Shown: positions 37,371-51,254, counted from the first letter of the stretch. The stretch is 64,000 nucleotides of DNA from Bacilli bacterium (GCA_017515795.1 JAFWEE010000013.1:2010-66009), one strand, 5' to 3'. The notes: a model not told the origin generated them from the sequence alone. A program made the numbers and translations.

Positions 37371-37979
37371 TTATTCTACTGGTTTAATAACTACTGCTCT
37401 GTTTGGTTCTTCCCCTTCACTTTCAGTAGTAATACCTTTGAAGTCTTTTAATACTTCATGTATTAATCTTCTTTCATAAGAGTTCATAGAATCCATTCTA
37501 ACTGGTTCTTTAGTCTTTTGAACTTCTTTAGCTAAATTCTTAGCTAGTCTTTCTATATGTTTTTGACTCTTTTCTTTATAGTTTTCAACATCTAGAATTA
37601 TATTTATATGCATACCAGTTTCTTTTGTTAAAACTGCTCTTAAAACATTTTGAATTGATGAAAGTGTTCTTCCTTCTTTACCAATTAATATAGAACTATT
37701 ATCTGGATGAAGAATAATCTTTAAATAGTTATCTTTTCTAAGTGTTTCAAAGTTAACTTTTAATCCCATTCCTTCAACTAATGTCTTTAAATATTCTTTA
37801 GAGAATGCTAATACATCACTTTTTAATACAACATTTAATGTATATTTTTTCTTTTTTAATAATCCAACAGTTTCTTCTTTTGTTGAAGTTAACATTTCAT
37901 CTTCTTTAACATTTAATTCTTTTAATGCTTGAAGTGTTAATTCTTCAAGGTTTTTACCCTCGTATGTATATATTTTCAT
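37371..37979 (-). CDS. jag: Jag/EloR (KhpB) RNA-binding protein
   Basis: Jag N-terminus, KH LIGKEGRTL, R3H MNSYERRLIH. Confidence 0.93.
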   Translation of the reverse strand: MKIYTYEGKNLEELTLQALKELNVKEDEMLTSTKEETVGLLKKKKYTLNVVLKSDVLAFSKEYLKTLVEGMGLKVNFETLRKDNYLKIILHPDNSSILIGKEGRTLSSIQNVLRAVLTKETGMHINIILDVENYKEKSQKHIERLAKNLAKEVQKTKEPVRMDSMNSYERRLIHEVLKDFKGITTESEGEEPNRAVVIKPVE

Positions 37980-37980
37980 T

Positions 37981-38919
37981 TTATTCTGCCTTTCTTTTTT
38001 TAATTAATATAATAACTAAATTTTGAACTATTGTAAATAGTGTACTTGCAATCCAATATAATGATAATGCTACTGGTAAATTTAATGCCATAAATGTAAT
38101 CATACCAGTCATCATAATTGGCATTACATTTGGATTCATACCTCCTTGAGAAGGAGTAGCATTTTTATTCATAAAGAATGAAATAAATGTAGTTATTGCT
38201 ATTAATAATACTATTATAATATATGCCCAATGTCCACCAGCCATTGCTTTCATTGGAGTTGTTCCTAGAACTAAACCACATAGTTTACCTTCAAATATAA
38301 CTGGAACTCTATTAACTGCTTCATAAAATGCCATAATTAATGGAATTTGAATTAATGCAAATAAACAACTTGATACAGGATTAATCTTATATTTCTTATA
38401 TAATTGCATCATTTCCATAGATTTCTTTTGTTGTGATTCTTGATCATTCTTATTTTCATATTTCTTATTTAATCTATCAAGTTCTGGTTGCATCTTTTTC
38501 ATATTTTCTTGTTGTTTAATAGTCTTAATTGAGAATGGTGCAAGTATTAATCTAATTAGAATACCAAGTAATACAATAGTTATACCATAATTCTTAATTA
38601 ATTTATTTGCTCTAACTATTAACCAAGCAAGTGGTTTAACAAGTAGATTTTCCCATAAACCTTCATATTTACTATCTTTTACCTTAAAATTATCACATTT
38701 TGGTAATTTAGATATATCAACTTTTTTCTTATATTTGTTGTATTCTTTAACTAATCCTTTAGTTTCAGGTTGACATAATATATTTTCATATAATGTTAGT
38801 CTAACTGAATTGTTTTCATATACAACAGCTTTTTTACCATCTTTTAGTACTTTAGTACATCCTGTTAATAAAAATAAAGCAAAGAATAGTACTAATATTT
38901 TTTTTTTGTTCTTCTTCAT
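37981..38919 (-). CDS. yidC: Membrane protein insertase YidC
   Basis: Lipobox LTGC, ILIRLILAP, NPVSSCLFALIQIP, LYWIAS. Confidence 0.93.
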   Translation of the reverse strand: MKKNKKKILVLFFALFLLTGCTKVLKDGKKAVVYENNSVRLTLYENILCQPETKGLVKEYNKYKKKVDISKLPKCDNFKVKDSKYEGLWENLLVKPLAWLIVRANKLIKNYGITIVLLGILIRLILAPFSIKTIKQQENMKKMQPELDRLNKKYENKNDQESQQKKSMEMMQLYKKYKINPVSSCLFALIQIPLIMAFYEAVNRVPVIFEGKLCGLVLGTTPMKAMAGGHWAYIIIVLLIAITTFISFFMNKNATPSQGGMNPNVMPIMMTGMITFMALNLPVALSLYWIASTLFTIVQNLVIILIKKRKAE

Positions 38920-38920
38920 A

Positions 38921-39259
38921 TTATTCTCCTAATTGTTTTAATAAACTTAATAATTCATCTCTCTTTTGATCAAAATTAAGTAAATTAATGTCTTTCCTAA
39001 GTATTATAACATAATCTTGATTGCTTTTAAATGTTAAATTACTCTTATCTATAATATCTTTAACTTGCCTTTTATTCTTATTTCTAATAACAGCATTACC
39101 AAGCTTTTTAGATACACAAATACAAAATCTATAATATTTATTATTACTGTTTTCCTTATTATATATATAGTAATATCTATTATATAATCTTTTACCAGTA
39201 TTTATGATATCATTAATTTCTTGTTCTTTCTTTATAATATTTAATTTTTTCATATACAC
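38921..39259 (-). CDS. rnpA: Ribonuclease P protein component
   Basis: VSKKLGNAVIRNKNKRQVK. Confidence 0.93.
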   Translation of the reverse strand: MYMKKLNIIKKEQEINDIINTGKRLYNRYYYIYNKENSNNKYYRFCICVSKKLGNAVIRNKNKRQVKDIIDKSNLTFKSNQDYVIILRKDINLLNFDQKRDELLSLLKQLGE

Positions 39260-39292
39260 CTCTATACAAAAAAAACCACATGTAGTGGATAA

Positions 39293-39415
39293 TTATTTAG
39301 ATAATACTTTTCTTCCTTTTTTTCTTCTGCTGTTTAAAACGTTACCTTTTACTCTTGAGAAGAATCCATGAGTTTTTTTCATTTTTCTATTATTTGGTTG
39401 AAATGTTCTTTTCAT
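39293..39415 (-). CDS. rpmH: 50S ribosomal protein L34
   Basis: [11 protein letters not shown]...HGF...[10 protein letters not shown]; ATG 39415 after GGAGGTG. Confidence 0.93.
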   Translation of the reverse strand: MKRTFQPNNRKMKKTHGFFSRVKGNVLNSRRKKGRKVLSK

Positions 39416-39569
39416 TACTACACCTCCCAGGTCCATAAAACATATAAAATTATACTTATTTTTTATTGGTATGTCAACAAAATAATGCAATTTTTATAAA
39501 TATTGATAAATTTGTTAATTTCCTGTGTACAAATCATCATTTATTCCTTATAATATATAACTAATAAAA

Positions 39570-39725
39570 TTATCCACAATTGTCCACAGTTTTACAGATA
39601 TATGTATATTTGTTAATAACTTATAGTGTGGATAATGTAATTTGTGGATTGTGTGGAAAACTATATAATAAGTAATAAAATCAACAAAAATTTATCAACA
39701 GGATACTGTGGAGTATTGTGAATAG
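39570..39725. other. oriC, upstream DnaA-box cluster
   Basis: Perfect boxes at 39570 (TTATCCACA) and 39627 (TGTGGATAA); 1-mismatch boxes at 39580, 39652, 39692; gene strand bias flips here. Confidence 0.9.
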
Positions 39726-39806
39726 TGTATTTTTTGTTGAAAAATAAGAAAATTGTGATATTATTTAGTTAGAATGTAACTACAAAAATAGGGTGGTGAG
39801 GACAAA

Positions 39807-41177
39807 TTGGAAAATAAGGATTTATTGTGGAAAAAATTTTTATCGTTAATTAAGAAAAAAGTGTCCTCATTAGGATACGATATCTGGTTTAAAGATACTG
39901 AACTCATTGATTTAAATGAGGATGCAGTAGTATTAGTTCCAACATCAACTCATAAAAAACACTTAGAACAATCATATAAAGATATGATGGAGGAAATACT
40001 ATCAAGTATATTAGGTACTAATTTTAATATAGTATTCGTATTAAAAGATGAATATAATGTAGAAAATAAAGAAGAACCTATTAAAAGAGAAGAGGAAGAA
40101 GTAGATCTTAGTTATAAAAATAAGAAAATAACTAATTTGAATCCTAATTATACCTTTAATAGTTTTATGGTAGGGGAGAGCAATGAATTTGCTAGAACCA
40201 CAGCATTAGCTGTAGCAGAAAGTCCTGGTAAAATATATAATCCTTTCTTTATATATGGTAATAGTGGACTTGGTAAAACACATTTAATGCATGCAATTGG
40301 TAATTATATTGTGCAAAACTCAAATTTAAGAGTCTTATATGTAACAAGTGAAACATTTATTAATGATTTTCTTGGAATTAGTAGAAAACATATAGATGGT
40401 AATAATTTTGATTATATAGAAGCATTTAAAGATAAATATAGAAATATAGATGTATTATTAATAGATGATATACAATTTCTTGGAACTGCTCCTAAATCAC
40501 AAGCAGAGTTTTTCCATACATTTAATACATTATTTGATGATAAAAAACAAATTATAATATCTTCTGATAATTCACCAGATGATTTAAAAAATCTAGAAGA
40601 TAGACTTAAAACTAGATTTAATTGGGGATTAAAAGTTAATATTTTTCCACCAGATAATGAATTAAAAATTAAAATATTAAAAAACAAAGTATCAAATATG
40701 AATATTGCACAACATATATCAGACGATGTATATGAGTTTATTGCTAATATATGTGATTCTGATATAAGAACACTTGAAGGATCATTAACTAGAGTAATTG
40801 CTTATTCCACAATGTTCTTTGAAGAAGAAATAACCGTAGATTTAGCAATGGAAGCTCTAAAAGGAACATTTAATATAAATATAGAAAATAAAAATGATAT
40901 ACAAAAGATACAAAGAATAGTAGCTGATTACTATAATATAACTATAGATGATTTAAAAGGTAAGAAAAGGGCAGCTAAAGTATCATTTCCTAGACATGTG
41001 GCTATTTATTTAGCTAGAAATATGACAGATGAGTCTTTTCCAAGAATTGGAATGGAATTTGGTGGAAGAGATCATTCCACAGTAATGAATTCATGTGATA
41101 GAATACAAAGTGAATTAAAAACTAATGAAAATTTAAAAGAAGTAATAGAGGAGTTGAAGAAAAAAATTAAAAAGTAG
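39807..41177 (+). CDS. dnaA: Chromosomal replication initiator DnaA
   Basis: GNSGLGKTHL, LLIDDIQF, FGGRDHSTV; TTG start. Confidence 0.98.
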   Translation: MENKDLLWKKFLSLIKKKVSSLGYDIWFKDTELIDLNEDAVVLVPTSTHKKHLEQSYKDMMEEILSSILGTNFNIVFVLKDEYNVENKEEPIKREEEEVDLSYKNKKITNLNPNYTFNSFMVGESNEFARTTALAVAESPGKIYNPFFIYGNSGLGKTHLMHAIGNYIVQNSNLRVLYVTSETFINDFLGISRKHIDGNNFDYIEAFKDKYRNIDVLLIDDIQFLGTAPKSQAEFFHTFNTLFDDKKQIIISSDNSPDDLKNLEDRLKTRFNWGLKVNIFPPDNELKIKILKNKVSNMNIAQHISDDVYEFIANICDSDIRTLEGSLTRVIAYSTMFFEEEITVDLAMEALKGTFNINIENKNDIQKIQRIVADYYNITIDDLKGKKRAAKVSFPRHVAIYLARNMTDESFPRIGMEFGGRDHSTVMNSCDRIQSELKTNENLKEVIEELKKKIKK

Positions 41178-41270
41178 TGGATAAATATAAATTATTAACA
41201 ATTTATAAACAACCAAAAATCATTATATAATAAAGAAATAGGGTAGTTATAAACATTATCCACACTAATA
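41176..41270. other. oriC, dnaA-dnaN DnaA-box cluster and AT-rich region
   Basis: Perfect TTATCCACA at 41256; near matches at 41176, 41192, 41203, 41247. Confidence 0.85.
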
Positions 41271-41306
41271 AAAATAAAATACTAAAAAAAAATAGGAGGA
41301 ACAAAA

Positions 41307-42428
41307 ATGAAATTTTCAATTAAAAAAGAAATATTATTAGAAAGTCTTAATATAGTAAGTCATGCTATATCAAGTAAAAACATTATTCCAGTACTAGGAG
41401 GAATAAAATTTGATTTAAAGAAAGATGGTTTATACTTAGAAGCTAGTGATAATGAAATAGATATTAAAACATTTATAGATAAAAAGATGATAGATTCTAT
41501 AGAAAAAGAAGGATCTATAGTAGTACAAGGTAAATATTTATTAGATATTGTTAGAAAGTTACCAGATGTACTTATTAATATAGAAGTAGTAGATGGATTA
41601 AAAATACTTATTTATACAAATAATAGTAAATTTAATTTAAATGGCATTGATTCGGATGAATTTCCTGATATTAAAATAGAAAAATCATCTAATCCTATAT
41701 CTATAAGTAAAAAATTAATTAAACAATTAGTTAATCAAACAATATTTGCAACTTCTTCACAAGAAACTAGACCAATATTAACAGGTATTAATTTTAAAAT
41801 AGATAAAGATGTTATGGAAGTAGTAGCTACAGACTCTTATAGATTAGCTAAAAAGACTATTAAATTAGATAAAGCTGTGGATAATGTTATTAATATAGTA
41901 GTACCATCTAAAAATATAGGAGAACTTATTAAAATAATAGATGATTCTGATGATGAAATTAAGATTCATATATTTACTAATAAGATATTATTTGAAATTA
42001 ATGATATTTATTTCCAATCTAGATTATTAAATGGTAATTTTCCAGATATTAATAGATTAATACCAACTGAATATAAAATAGTAGTTAAAGCATCAACATC
42101 TGATTTATATGATGTTGTTGATAGAGCTTCTTTATTAACATCAGAAAAAGAAAAGAATGTTATTAAGTTTGAAATAAATGATAATGAATTAATAGTAACA
42201 TCTAATACACCAGAAATAGGTAAAGTAGAAGAGAGATTAAATATTTCAAATGAAACTGGTAATGATCTAAGTATTAGTTTCTCAGCTAAATATATGCTAG
42301 AGGCTCTTAGAACTATTTCATCTAATAATGTTAAAATTTCATTAAATGGAGAAATTAATCCTATTATATTAACTAATGAAGAAAATGATGATTTAATTCA
42401 ACTTCTATTACCAATTAAAACATATTAA
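41307..42428 (+). CDS. dnaN: DNA polymerase III beta clamp
   Basis: PVLGGI, VATDSYRL, SRLLNGNFPD, LLLPIK. Confidence 0.97.
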   Translation: MKFSIKKEILLESLNIVSHAISSKNIIPVLGGIKFDLKKDGLYLEASDNEIDIKTFIDKKMIDSIEKEGSIVVQGKYLLDIVRKLPDVLINIEVVDGLKILIYTNNSKFNLNGIDSDEFPDIKIEKSSNPISISKKLIKQLVNQTIFATSSQETRPILTGINFKIDKDVMEVVATDSYRLAKKTIKLDKAVDNVINIVVPSKNIGELIKIIDDSDDEIKIHIFTNKILFEINDIYFQSRLLNGNFPDINRLIPTEYKIVVKASTSDLYDVVDRASLLTSEKEKNVIKFEINDNELIVTSNTPEIGKVEERLNISNETGNDLSISFSAKYMLEALRTISSNNVKISLNGEINPIILTNEENDDLIQLLLPIKTY

Positions 42429-42514
42429 GAGAACTATGTTCTCTTTTTTTAGTGGTATTTTTTTACAAAAAGAGAAAAATATATATGATAAGTTCCTGAA
42501 AGGGGGAGTTATAT

Positions 42515-42964
42515 ATGGATATTTATGAAATAAATAAAAATACTTTAGCTATTATTCCTATTGGTTATAATAAATCTAAAGTAATAGAAAAAGATAATGA
42601 ATTTGTAGTAAATATGGAACCATTAAGTATAATTAAATATAGTTGTGAATATTTTGGTTCAACATACGAAGGAAGACATGCAGGCACAAAATCTATAATG
42701 AACATAACTCATAAATCACCAATTATAATAGAAGAATCTCATAATTTAATATGTTTTCCAACTACATCACCAAGACTTACTGGATGTTCATGGATTATAT
42801 TAAATAATATTAAGTCATTTAATGGTAATCATGAATCTACAGACATTATATTTGATAATAATTATGTATTAAATATAGGTATTTCTATTAATTCATTTGA
42901 GAATCAAGTACATAGATCATATATGTTAGAATCATTACTTAGAAAAAGAATAGAAAATTATTAA
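42515..42964 (+). CDS. comK: ComK-family competence transcription factor
   Basis: PLSIIKYSCEYFGSTYEGR...THKSPIII...FPTTSP...CSWI. Confidence 0.8.
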   Translation: MDIYEINKNTLAIIPIGYNKSKVIEKDNEFVVNMEPLSIIKYSCEYFGSTYEGRHAGTKSIMNITHKSPIIIEESHNLICFPTTSPRLTGCSWIILNNIKSFNGNHESTDIIFDNNYVLNIGISINSFENQVHRSYMLESLLRKRIENY

Positions 42965-43111
42965 AATTAGGAAACTCAATTACTAAAAAAATTGAGTTTT
43001 TTTACTAAATTTTAATTTATTTACCCATTTTTATGATATAATATACATGTATGGGTAGGTAATTGGTTTTACTATAAAGGTGTTAAAAATGGGCTTTAAA
43101 ATAGGTTAAAA

Positions 43112-46124
<3,013 letters not shown>

Positions 46125-46135
46125 GAGGTTAGGTT

Positions 46136-48619
46136 ATGGATCACAGTAGAGATAGATTAGAAGAAAACAATATAGTAAAAGAAATAGAAACATCATTCCT
46201 AGAATATTCAATGAGTGTTATTGTATCTAGAGCATTACCGGATTTAAGAGATGGTTTAAAGCCTGTTCATAGACGTATTTTATGGTCAATGTATGAATCA
46301 GGTTATACACCAGATAAACCTCATAAAAAGTCGGCTAGAATAGTCGGAGATGTTATGGGTAAATATCATCCACATGGTGATAGTTCAATATATGAAGCAA
46401 TGGTACATATGGCACAAGACTTTAGTTATAGAAATATACTAGTAGATGGTCATGGTAACTTTGGTAATATTGAAGGTTATGGAGCAGCTGCTATGCGTTA
46501 TACAGAAGCTAGACTTTCAAAATTATCATTAGAATTACTTAGAGATATAAATAAAGAAACTGTAGATATGGTATCTAACTTCGATGAATCTGAAGAAGAA
46601 CCTGCTGTATTACCATCTAGATTTCCTAATATATTAGTTAATGGTACTATGGGTATTGCTGTTGGTATGGCAACAAACATTCCACCACATAACTTAGGAG
46701 AAGTAATAGATGGATGTGTAGCTTATATAGATAATCCTGATATTGATACATTAGGACTTATGAATTATATAAAAGGTCCTGATTTTCCTACAGGAGGTAT
46801 AATTCTTGGTAATAGTGGTATTAAACAAGCTTATGAAACTGGTAGAGGATCTATTACTATCAGAAGTAAGGCTACTATTGAAGAAAAAGATGGTAAACAT
46901 TATATAGTAGTAGACGAAGTTCCATATGGAGTTAGTACTTCTGCTTTAAAGAATAAAGTAGCAGAACTTGTTCACAATAAAACTATTGAAGGAATTTCAG
47001 ATTATCATACAGATTTAAAGAATGGTGTTAAAATCACTATTACATTAAAGAAAGATGCTAATGCACAAGTTGTATTAAATAATCTTTATAAACATACAGA
47101 TTTTCAAAAGAATTTTGGTATTATCTTCTTAATGCTTGATAAAGGCGTTCCTAAAACTCTAGGATTAAAAGAAATAATAGCAAAATATATAGACTTCCAA
47201 AAAGAAGTAATTATTAGAAGAACTAAATATGATTTAGGTAAAGCAGAGGCTAGAGTACACATCTTAGAAGGTTTAAAAATAGCTTTAGATCATATTGATG
47301 AAGTAATTAAGTTAATCAGAGCATCTAAGACAGATGAAATAGCAAGAGATGGATTAATGAGTAAGTTTGGTTTAACTGAAATCCAAGCAAATGCTATTTT
47401 AGAAATGAAGTTAAGAAGATTAACTGGATTAGAAAGAGAAAAGATTGAAGAAGAATTAGCTGAATTATTAAAGAAAATTGAAGAATTTAAAGCAATTCTT
47501 GCTTCTGAAGCAAAAGTTCTTGAAATAATTAAGAAAGAATTATTAGAAATTAAAGATAAATATTCAGATGATAGAAGAACTAAGATTGATATGACTGCTA
47601 TTGATTATATTGAAGATGAATCTTTAATTCCAGTAGATAATATAATAGTTAATATTACTAAGAATGGTTATATTAAGAGAGTTCCTACTGATACTTATAA
47701 GGTACAAAATAAAGGTGGAGTAGGAGTTAAAGGTATGACTACTAATGAAGAAGATATTGTGGAAAACATGATATCACTTCAAACTCATGACCATGTATTA
47801 TTCTTTACTAATAAAGGTAAAGTATATAGAATTAAGGGTTATGAAATACCTGAATTCTCAAGACAATCTAAAGGATTACCAGTAGTTAACTTATTACCAA
47901 TTGAAAAAGAAGAAAAGGTAATGTCTATATTACCAATAAGAGATCATGATGAACTAGGTACTATGAAGATTACGTTCGTAACTAAACAAGGATTTGTTAA
48001 GAGAACAGATATAGCTGAATTTGAAAGTATTAGAAAAACTGGTAAGATTGCTATAGGATTAAGAGAAACTGATGAAATCTTAACTGTAATGCTTACTAGT
48101 GGTAATGATGATATACTTATTTGTGCAGATAATGGTAGAATGATAAGATTTAATGAAACTGAAATAAGAGTTCTAGGTAGATCTGCTAGTGGTGTTAAGG
48201 GTATTGAAATACCTGATGATGCTAAATGTGTAAGTGCTGTTGTTGTTAAACCTGAAGATGAAATACTTATAGTAACTGAAAATGGTTATGGTAAGAGAAC
48301 TAATGCTGAAGAATATAGACTAACTCATAGAGGTAGTAAAGGTGTTAAAGCCATGAATATTACTGAAAAGAATGGTCCAATAGTTTCTGTAAGTAAAGTT
48401 GAAGAAGATTCAGACTTAATAATTATTACAAATAATGGTATGATTATAAGAATTCCATTAGATCAAGTATCTAAAATGAGTAGAGTCACTCAAGGAATTA
48501 GAGTTATTACACTAAAAGATGATCAAAAAGTATCTTCTACATCTATTTCTAAGATTGAAGAAGAAAAAGATGAAAATGTAGAAGAAATTACTCAAGAAGC
48601 ATCTGAAAGTGTAGAATAA
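46136..48619 (+). CDS. gyrA: DNA gyrase subunit A
   Basis: HPHGDSS, AAMRYTE, GyrA-box-like QNKGGVG. Confidence 0.98.
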   Translation: MDHSRDRLEENNIVKEIETSFLEYSMSVIVSRALPDLRDGLKPVHRRILWSMYESGYTPDKPHKKSARIVGDVMGKYHPHGDSSIYEAMVHMAQDFSYRNILVDGHGNFGNIEGYGAAAMRYTEARLSKLSLELLRDINKETVDMVSNFDESEEEPAVLPSRFPNILVNGTMGIAVGMATNIPPHNLGEVIDGCVAYIDNPDIDTLGLMNYIKGPDFPTGGIILGNSGIKQAYETGRGSITIRSKATIEEKDGKHYIVVDEVPYGVSTSALKNKVAELVHNKTIEGISDYHTDLKNGVKITITLKKDANAQVVLNNLYKHTDFQKNFGIIFLMLDKGVPKTLGLKEIIAKYIDFQKEVIIRRTKYDLGKAEARVHILEGLKIALDHIDEVIKLIRASKTDEIARDGLMSKFGLTEIQANAILEMKLRRLTGLEREKIEEELAELLKKIEEFKAILASEAKVLEIIKKELLEIKDKYSDDRRTKIDMTAIDYIEDESLIPVDNIIVNITKNGYIKRVPTDTYKVQNKGGVGVKGMTTNEEDIVENMISLQTHDHVLFFTNKGKVYRIKGYEIPEFSRQSKGLPVVNLLPIEKEEKVMSILPIRDHDELGTMKITFVTKQGFVKRTDIAEFESIRKTGKIAIGLRETDEILTVMLTSGNDDILICADNGRMIRFNETEIRVLGRSASGVKGIEIPDDAKCVSAVVVKPEDEILIVTENGYGKRTNAEEYRLTHRGSKGVKAMNITEKNGPIVSVSKVEEDSDLIIITNNGMIIRIPLDQVSKMSRVTQGIRVITLKDDQKVSSTSISKIEEEKDENVEEITQEASESVE

Positions 48620-48636
48620 TCGAACAAAATAGCGAA

Positions 48637-48662
48637 CAAAATATTTCCCGGGAAATATTTTG
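48637..48662. promoter_or_regulatory. Noc-binding site within a perfect 26-bp palindrome
   Basis: CAAAATATTTCCCGGGAAATATTTTG; core 48643-56 is ATTTCCCGGGAAAT, the B. subtilis NBS consensus. Confidence 0.8.
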
Positions 48663-48693
48663 AATATAAAAATAGTATATTTTAGTTAATTTA

Positions 48694-48722
48694 TTGACTA
48701 TAAATACTAAATATAGTATATT
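48694..48722 (+). promoter_or_regulatory. Sigma-A promoter of ffs-tadA
   Basis: TTGACT-17 bp-TATATT, placing the start near 48729. Confidence 0.75.
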
Positions 48723-48728
48723 AAACAT

Positions 48729-48799
48729 GCACAACGAGAAAATTGGAACCTGGTCAGGACAGAGATGTAGCAGCCATAACAGTTCCTTCTCGTGTGTGC
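48729..48799 (+). ncRNA. ffs: Small signal recognition particle RNA (4.5S-type)
   Basis: GGAACC-TGGTCAGG-ACA-GAGA-TGT-AGCAGCC helix 8 signature; terminal stem GCACA.CGAGAA/TTCTCG.TGTGC. Confidence 0.88.
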
Positions 48800-48819
48800 T
48801 TTTTTATTGGAGAAACACT

Positions 48820-49224
48820 ATGAATCAATTAATATATGATGAATTAAATAAATTAGTAGATAAAGCTATTAAAAAAGATGAGGTTCCAGTAGCAGCCCTA
48901 ATAGTAAAAGAGGGTAAGATAATAGCTAAAGCATATAACAAAACTAATATATCAAATAATGTATTAGATCATGCAGAAATTATATGTATTAATAAAGCAT
49001 CAAAGAGATTACATAACTGGAGGCTTAATGATTGCGAATTATATGTTACATTAGAACCTTGTTCTATGTGCAAAGAAGTAATTAAGAAATCTAGAGTAGG
49101 TAAAGTATACTATATTCTTAATCAAAATGAATATGAAACAGAGAGTAATCCATCATATATTAAACTAGTTGATAATATAAATATTGAAGGGAAATTAAAA
49201 CAATTTTTCAAAGATAAAAGATAA
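48820..49224 (+). CDS. tadA: tRNA adenosine deaminase
   Basis: DEVPVAA, HAE, TLEPCSMC; start moved to ATG 48820. Confidence 0.88.
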   Translation: MNQLIYDELNKLVDKAIKKDEVPVAALIVKEGKIIAKAYNKTNISNNVLDHAEIICINKASKRLHNWRLNDCELYVTLEPCSMCKEVIKKSRVGKVYYILNQNEYETESNPSYIKLVDNINIEGKLKQFFKDKR

Positions 49225-49228
49225 TCAA

Positions 49229-49244
49229 TGTTCCACGTGGAACA
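49229..49244. other. parS site 1 (intergenic, within a 28-bp palindrome)
   Basis: TGTTCCACGTGGAACA. Confidence 0.92.
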
Positions 49245-49319
49245 TTGATTTTTATTTACAAAAATAATATATAATATAGTGTAAAATATGTTATAATTAT
49301 TAGAGAAAAAGGTGATGAC

Positions 49320-50957
49320 ATGATATATAAAGCATTGTATAGAAAATATAGACCTAAAACATTTAATGATGTATGTGGACAAGAAATAATTGTACAAACA
49401 TTAAAGAACATGATCATTAGTGATAAATTAACTCATGCTTACTTATTTGTAGGTCCTAGAGGAACAGGAAAAACAAGTATAGCTAAGATATTTGCTAAGA
49501 CTTTAAACTGTGAGAATCCTAAAGATGGTTGTTCTTGTGAAAAATGTTCTATCTGTGAAGCAAGTAATAATAATGAAAATATAGATATTATTGAAATGGA
49601 TGCTGCATCAAATAATGGTGTAGATGAAATAAGAGATATAAAGAACCATGTTACATTACTTCCAACTATATCTAAATATAAGATATATATAATCGATGAA
49701 GTACATATGCTATCTATGGGAGCTTTTAATGCATTATTAAAGACATTAGAAGAACCTCCTAAACATGTAATCTTTATATTAGCTACTACAGAACCACAAA
49801 AAGTTCCTTTAACTATACTATCTAGATGCCAAATGTTTGAATTTAAACCAATATCTGCATCTAAAATAGAGGAAAACTTAAGTAATATTTGTAAAAAAGA
49901 AAAAATAAAGATAGAAGATGAAGCATTAAAACAAATATGTGAGTATTCTAATGGTGGAATGAGAGATGCTATTGGATTATTAGACCAATTAAATGCATAT
50001 TCTGGTGGAAATATTAAACTAGAAGACGTAATTCTATTAAATGGTAGATTAAGTATAGAAGAAATAACCAACTTCTTTGATTTAGTTAATGATAATAAAA
50101 CAGAAGAACTATTTAAGTTTAGTGATTCTATTGATGTAGAAGGTAAAAACTATATATCAATATGTGAGGATTTTATTAAATATCTAAGAAATAATTTAAT
50201 AGATTATCAAATAAATAGTTCAAATGATGTAGTTAAGAAGTTTGGTAAAGATAATATAACTAAGATGATATTCACAATAACTGATTATATTAGTCAAATG
50301 AAGCTATCAAGTGATAAGAAGATATATTTTGATCTATTAATTATTAGATTATTAGATATATTTGATAAAAAAGAAGATAATGTTCCACGTGGAACATCAA
50401 AAGAAGAAGTAAAAGAAACTAAAAAAGAATCTAAAAAGACTGAAGAACTAGTTAAAGTAGAAAAAGAGAACAATGTTCCACGTGGAACATTGAAAGATAA
50501 TCCGTTATATAAGCAATATGATGAATTAATGAATATAAGAATTAACAATATATTAATAAAAGCTGATAAAAAATCTCTTACAGACTATAAAAATATATTA
50601 ACTAGTGATTCAGAACAATATAATTTAGATGAATTAAGGTTTAAAAATATATTATCTGACTGTGAAATTAAAGCTGCTAGTCCAAATGGAATAGTTATTG
50701 TTACTTCAGATGATAGTATTAGATATGAAATGTATGATAATTTTGATCTAATAGAGAAATGTGTACAAGATAAACTTAAAAATGAAGTATTAGTATGTAT
50801 ATATGATGAAGAAAAGTGGAATACCACTAGTGAATCATATAGAAAAAGACTAAGAAATAAAGAAGTAATTGATGAAATAGATGAATCAAGTGTATTAATT
50901 AATATAAAAAGTTCAAATAAAAGTGAATTTGATGACTTATTAGAGATAGGAGAGTAG
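49320..50957 (+). CDS. dnaX: DNA polymerase III subunit gamma/tau
   Basis: ALYRKYRP, GPRGTGKTS, IIDEVHML, SRCQ. Confidence 0.96.
   Translation: MIYKALYRKYRPKTFNDVCGQEIIVQTLKNMIISDKLTHAYLFVGPRGTGKTSIAKIFAKTLNCENPKDGCSCEKCSICEASNNNENIDIIEMDAASNNGVDEIRDIKNHVTLLPTISKYKIYIIDEVHMLSMGAFNALLKTLEEPPKHVIFILATTEPQKVPLTILSRCQMFEFKPISASKIEENLSNICKKEKIKIEDEALKQICEYSNGGMRDAIGLLDQLNAYSGGNIKLEDVILLNGRLSIEEITNFFDLVNDNKTEELFKFSDSIDVEGKNYISICEDFIKYLRNNLIDYQINSSNDVVKKFGKDNITKMIFTITDYISQMKLSSDKKIYFDLLIIRLLDIFDKKEDNVPRGTSKEEVKETKKESKKTEELVKVEKENNVPRGTLKDNPLYKQYDELMNIRINNILIKADKKSLTDYKNILTSDSEQYNLDELRFKNILSDCEIKAASPNGIVIVTSDDSIRYEMYDNFDLIEKCVQDKLKNEVLVCIYDEEKWNTTSESYRKRLRNKEVIDEIDESSVLINIKSSNKSEFDDLLEIGE
50381..50396. 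other. parS site 2 (inside dnaX)
   Basis: TGTTCCACGTGGAACA. Confidence 0.9.
50474..50489. other. parS site 3 (inside dnaX)
   Basis: TGTTCCACGTGGAACA. Confidence 0.9.
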
Positions 50958-50960
50958 AAA

Positions 50961-51254
50961 ATGAATATACAAGCATTAATGAAACAAGCACAAAATATGC
51001 AAAAAGAAATACAAAAGGCACAAGAAGAAGTAGGTAAAATGGAATTTATTTCTAAAAAAGAATTAGTAGAAGTTACTGTTAATGGTAATAAACAAGTATT
51101 AAGTGTTAAAATCGATGAAAATATAGAAAAAGATGATATTGAAGTATTACAAGATATGATTTTAATAGCTACTAACGATGCTATTAACCAAGCAAATGCA
51201 GAAATGGAAAAGAGATTAGGAAAGTATAGCCAAGCTATGCCAGGATTATTCTAA
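50961..51254 (+). CDS. ybaB: YbaB/EbfC nucleoid-associated protein
   Basis: LMKQAQNMQ, VEVTVNG, LQDMILIATNDA; between dnaX and recR. Confidence 0.92.
   Translation: MNIQALMKQAQNMQKEIQKAQEEVGKMEFISKKELVEVTVNGNKQVLSVKIDENIEKDDIEVLQDMILIATNDAINQANAEMEKRLGKYSQAMPGLF

Noticed and set aside
39416-39490. 25-codon extension of rpmH
   Set aside because: Strong RBS immediately before ATG 39415; the extension is non-homologous
48621-48643. LexA/SOS box in CGAACAAAATA repeats; also sought upstream of dinD
   Set aside because: The repeats are direct, not the inverted CGAAC-N4-GTTCG; no such box found before dinD
48694-48819. 42-codon N-terminal extension of tadA
   Set aside because: The TTG is the -35 box and the extension spans the SRP RNA; the real start is ATG 48820
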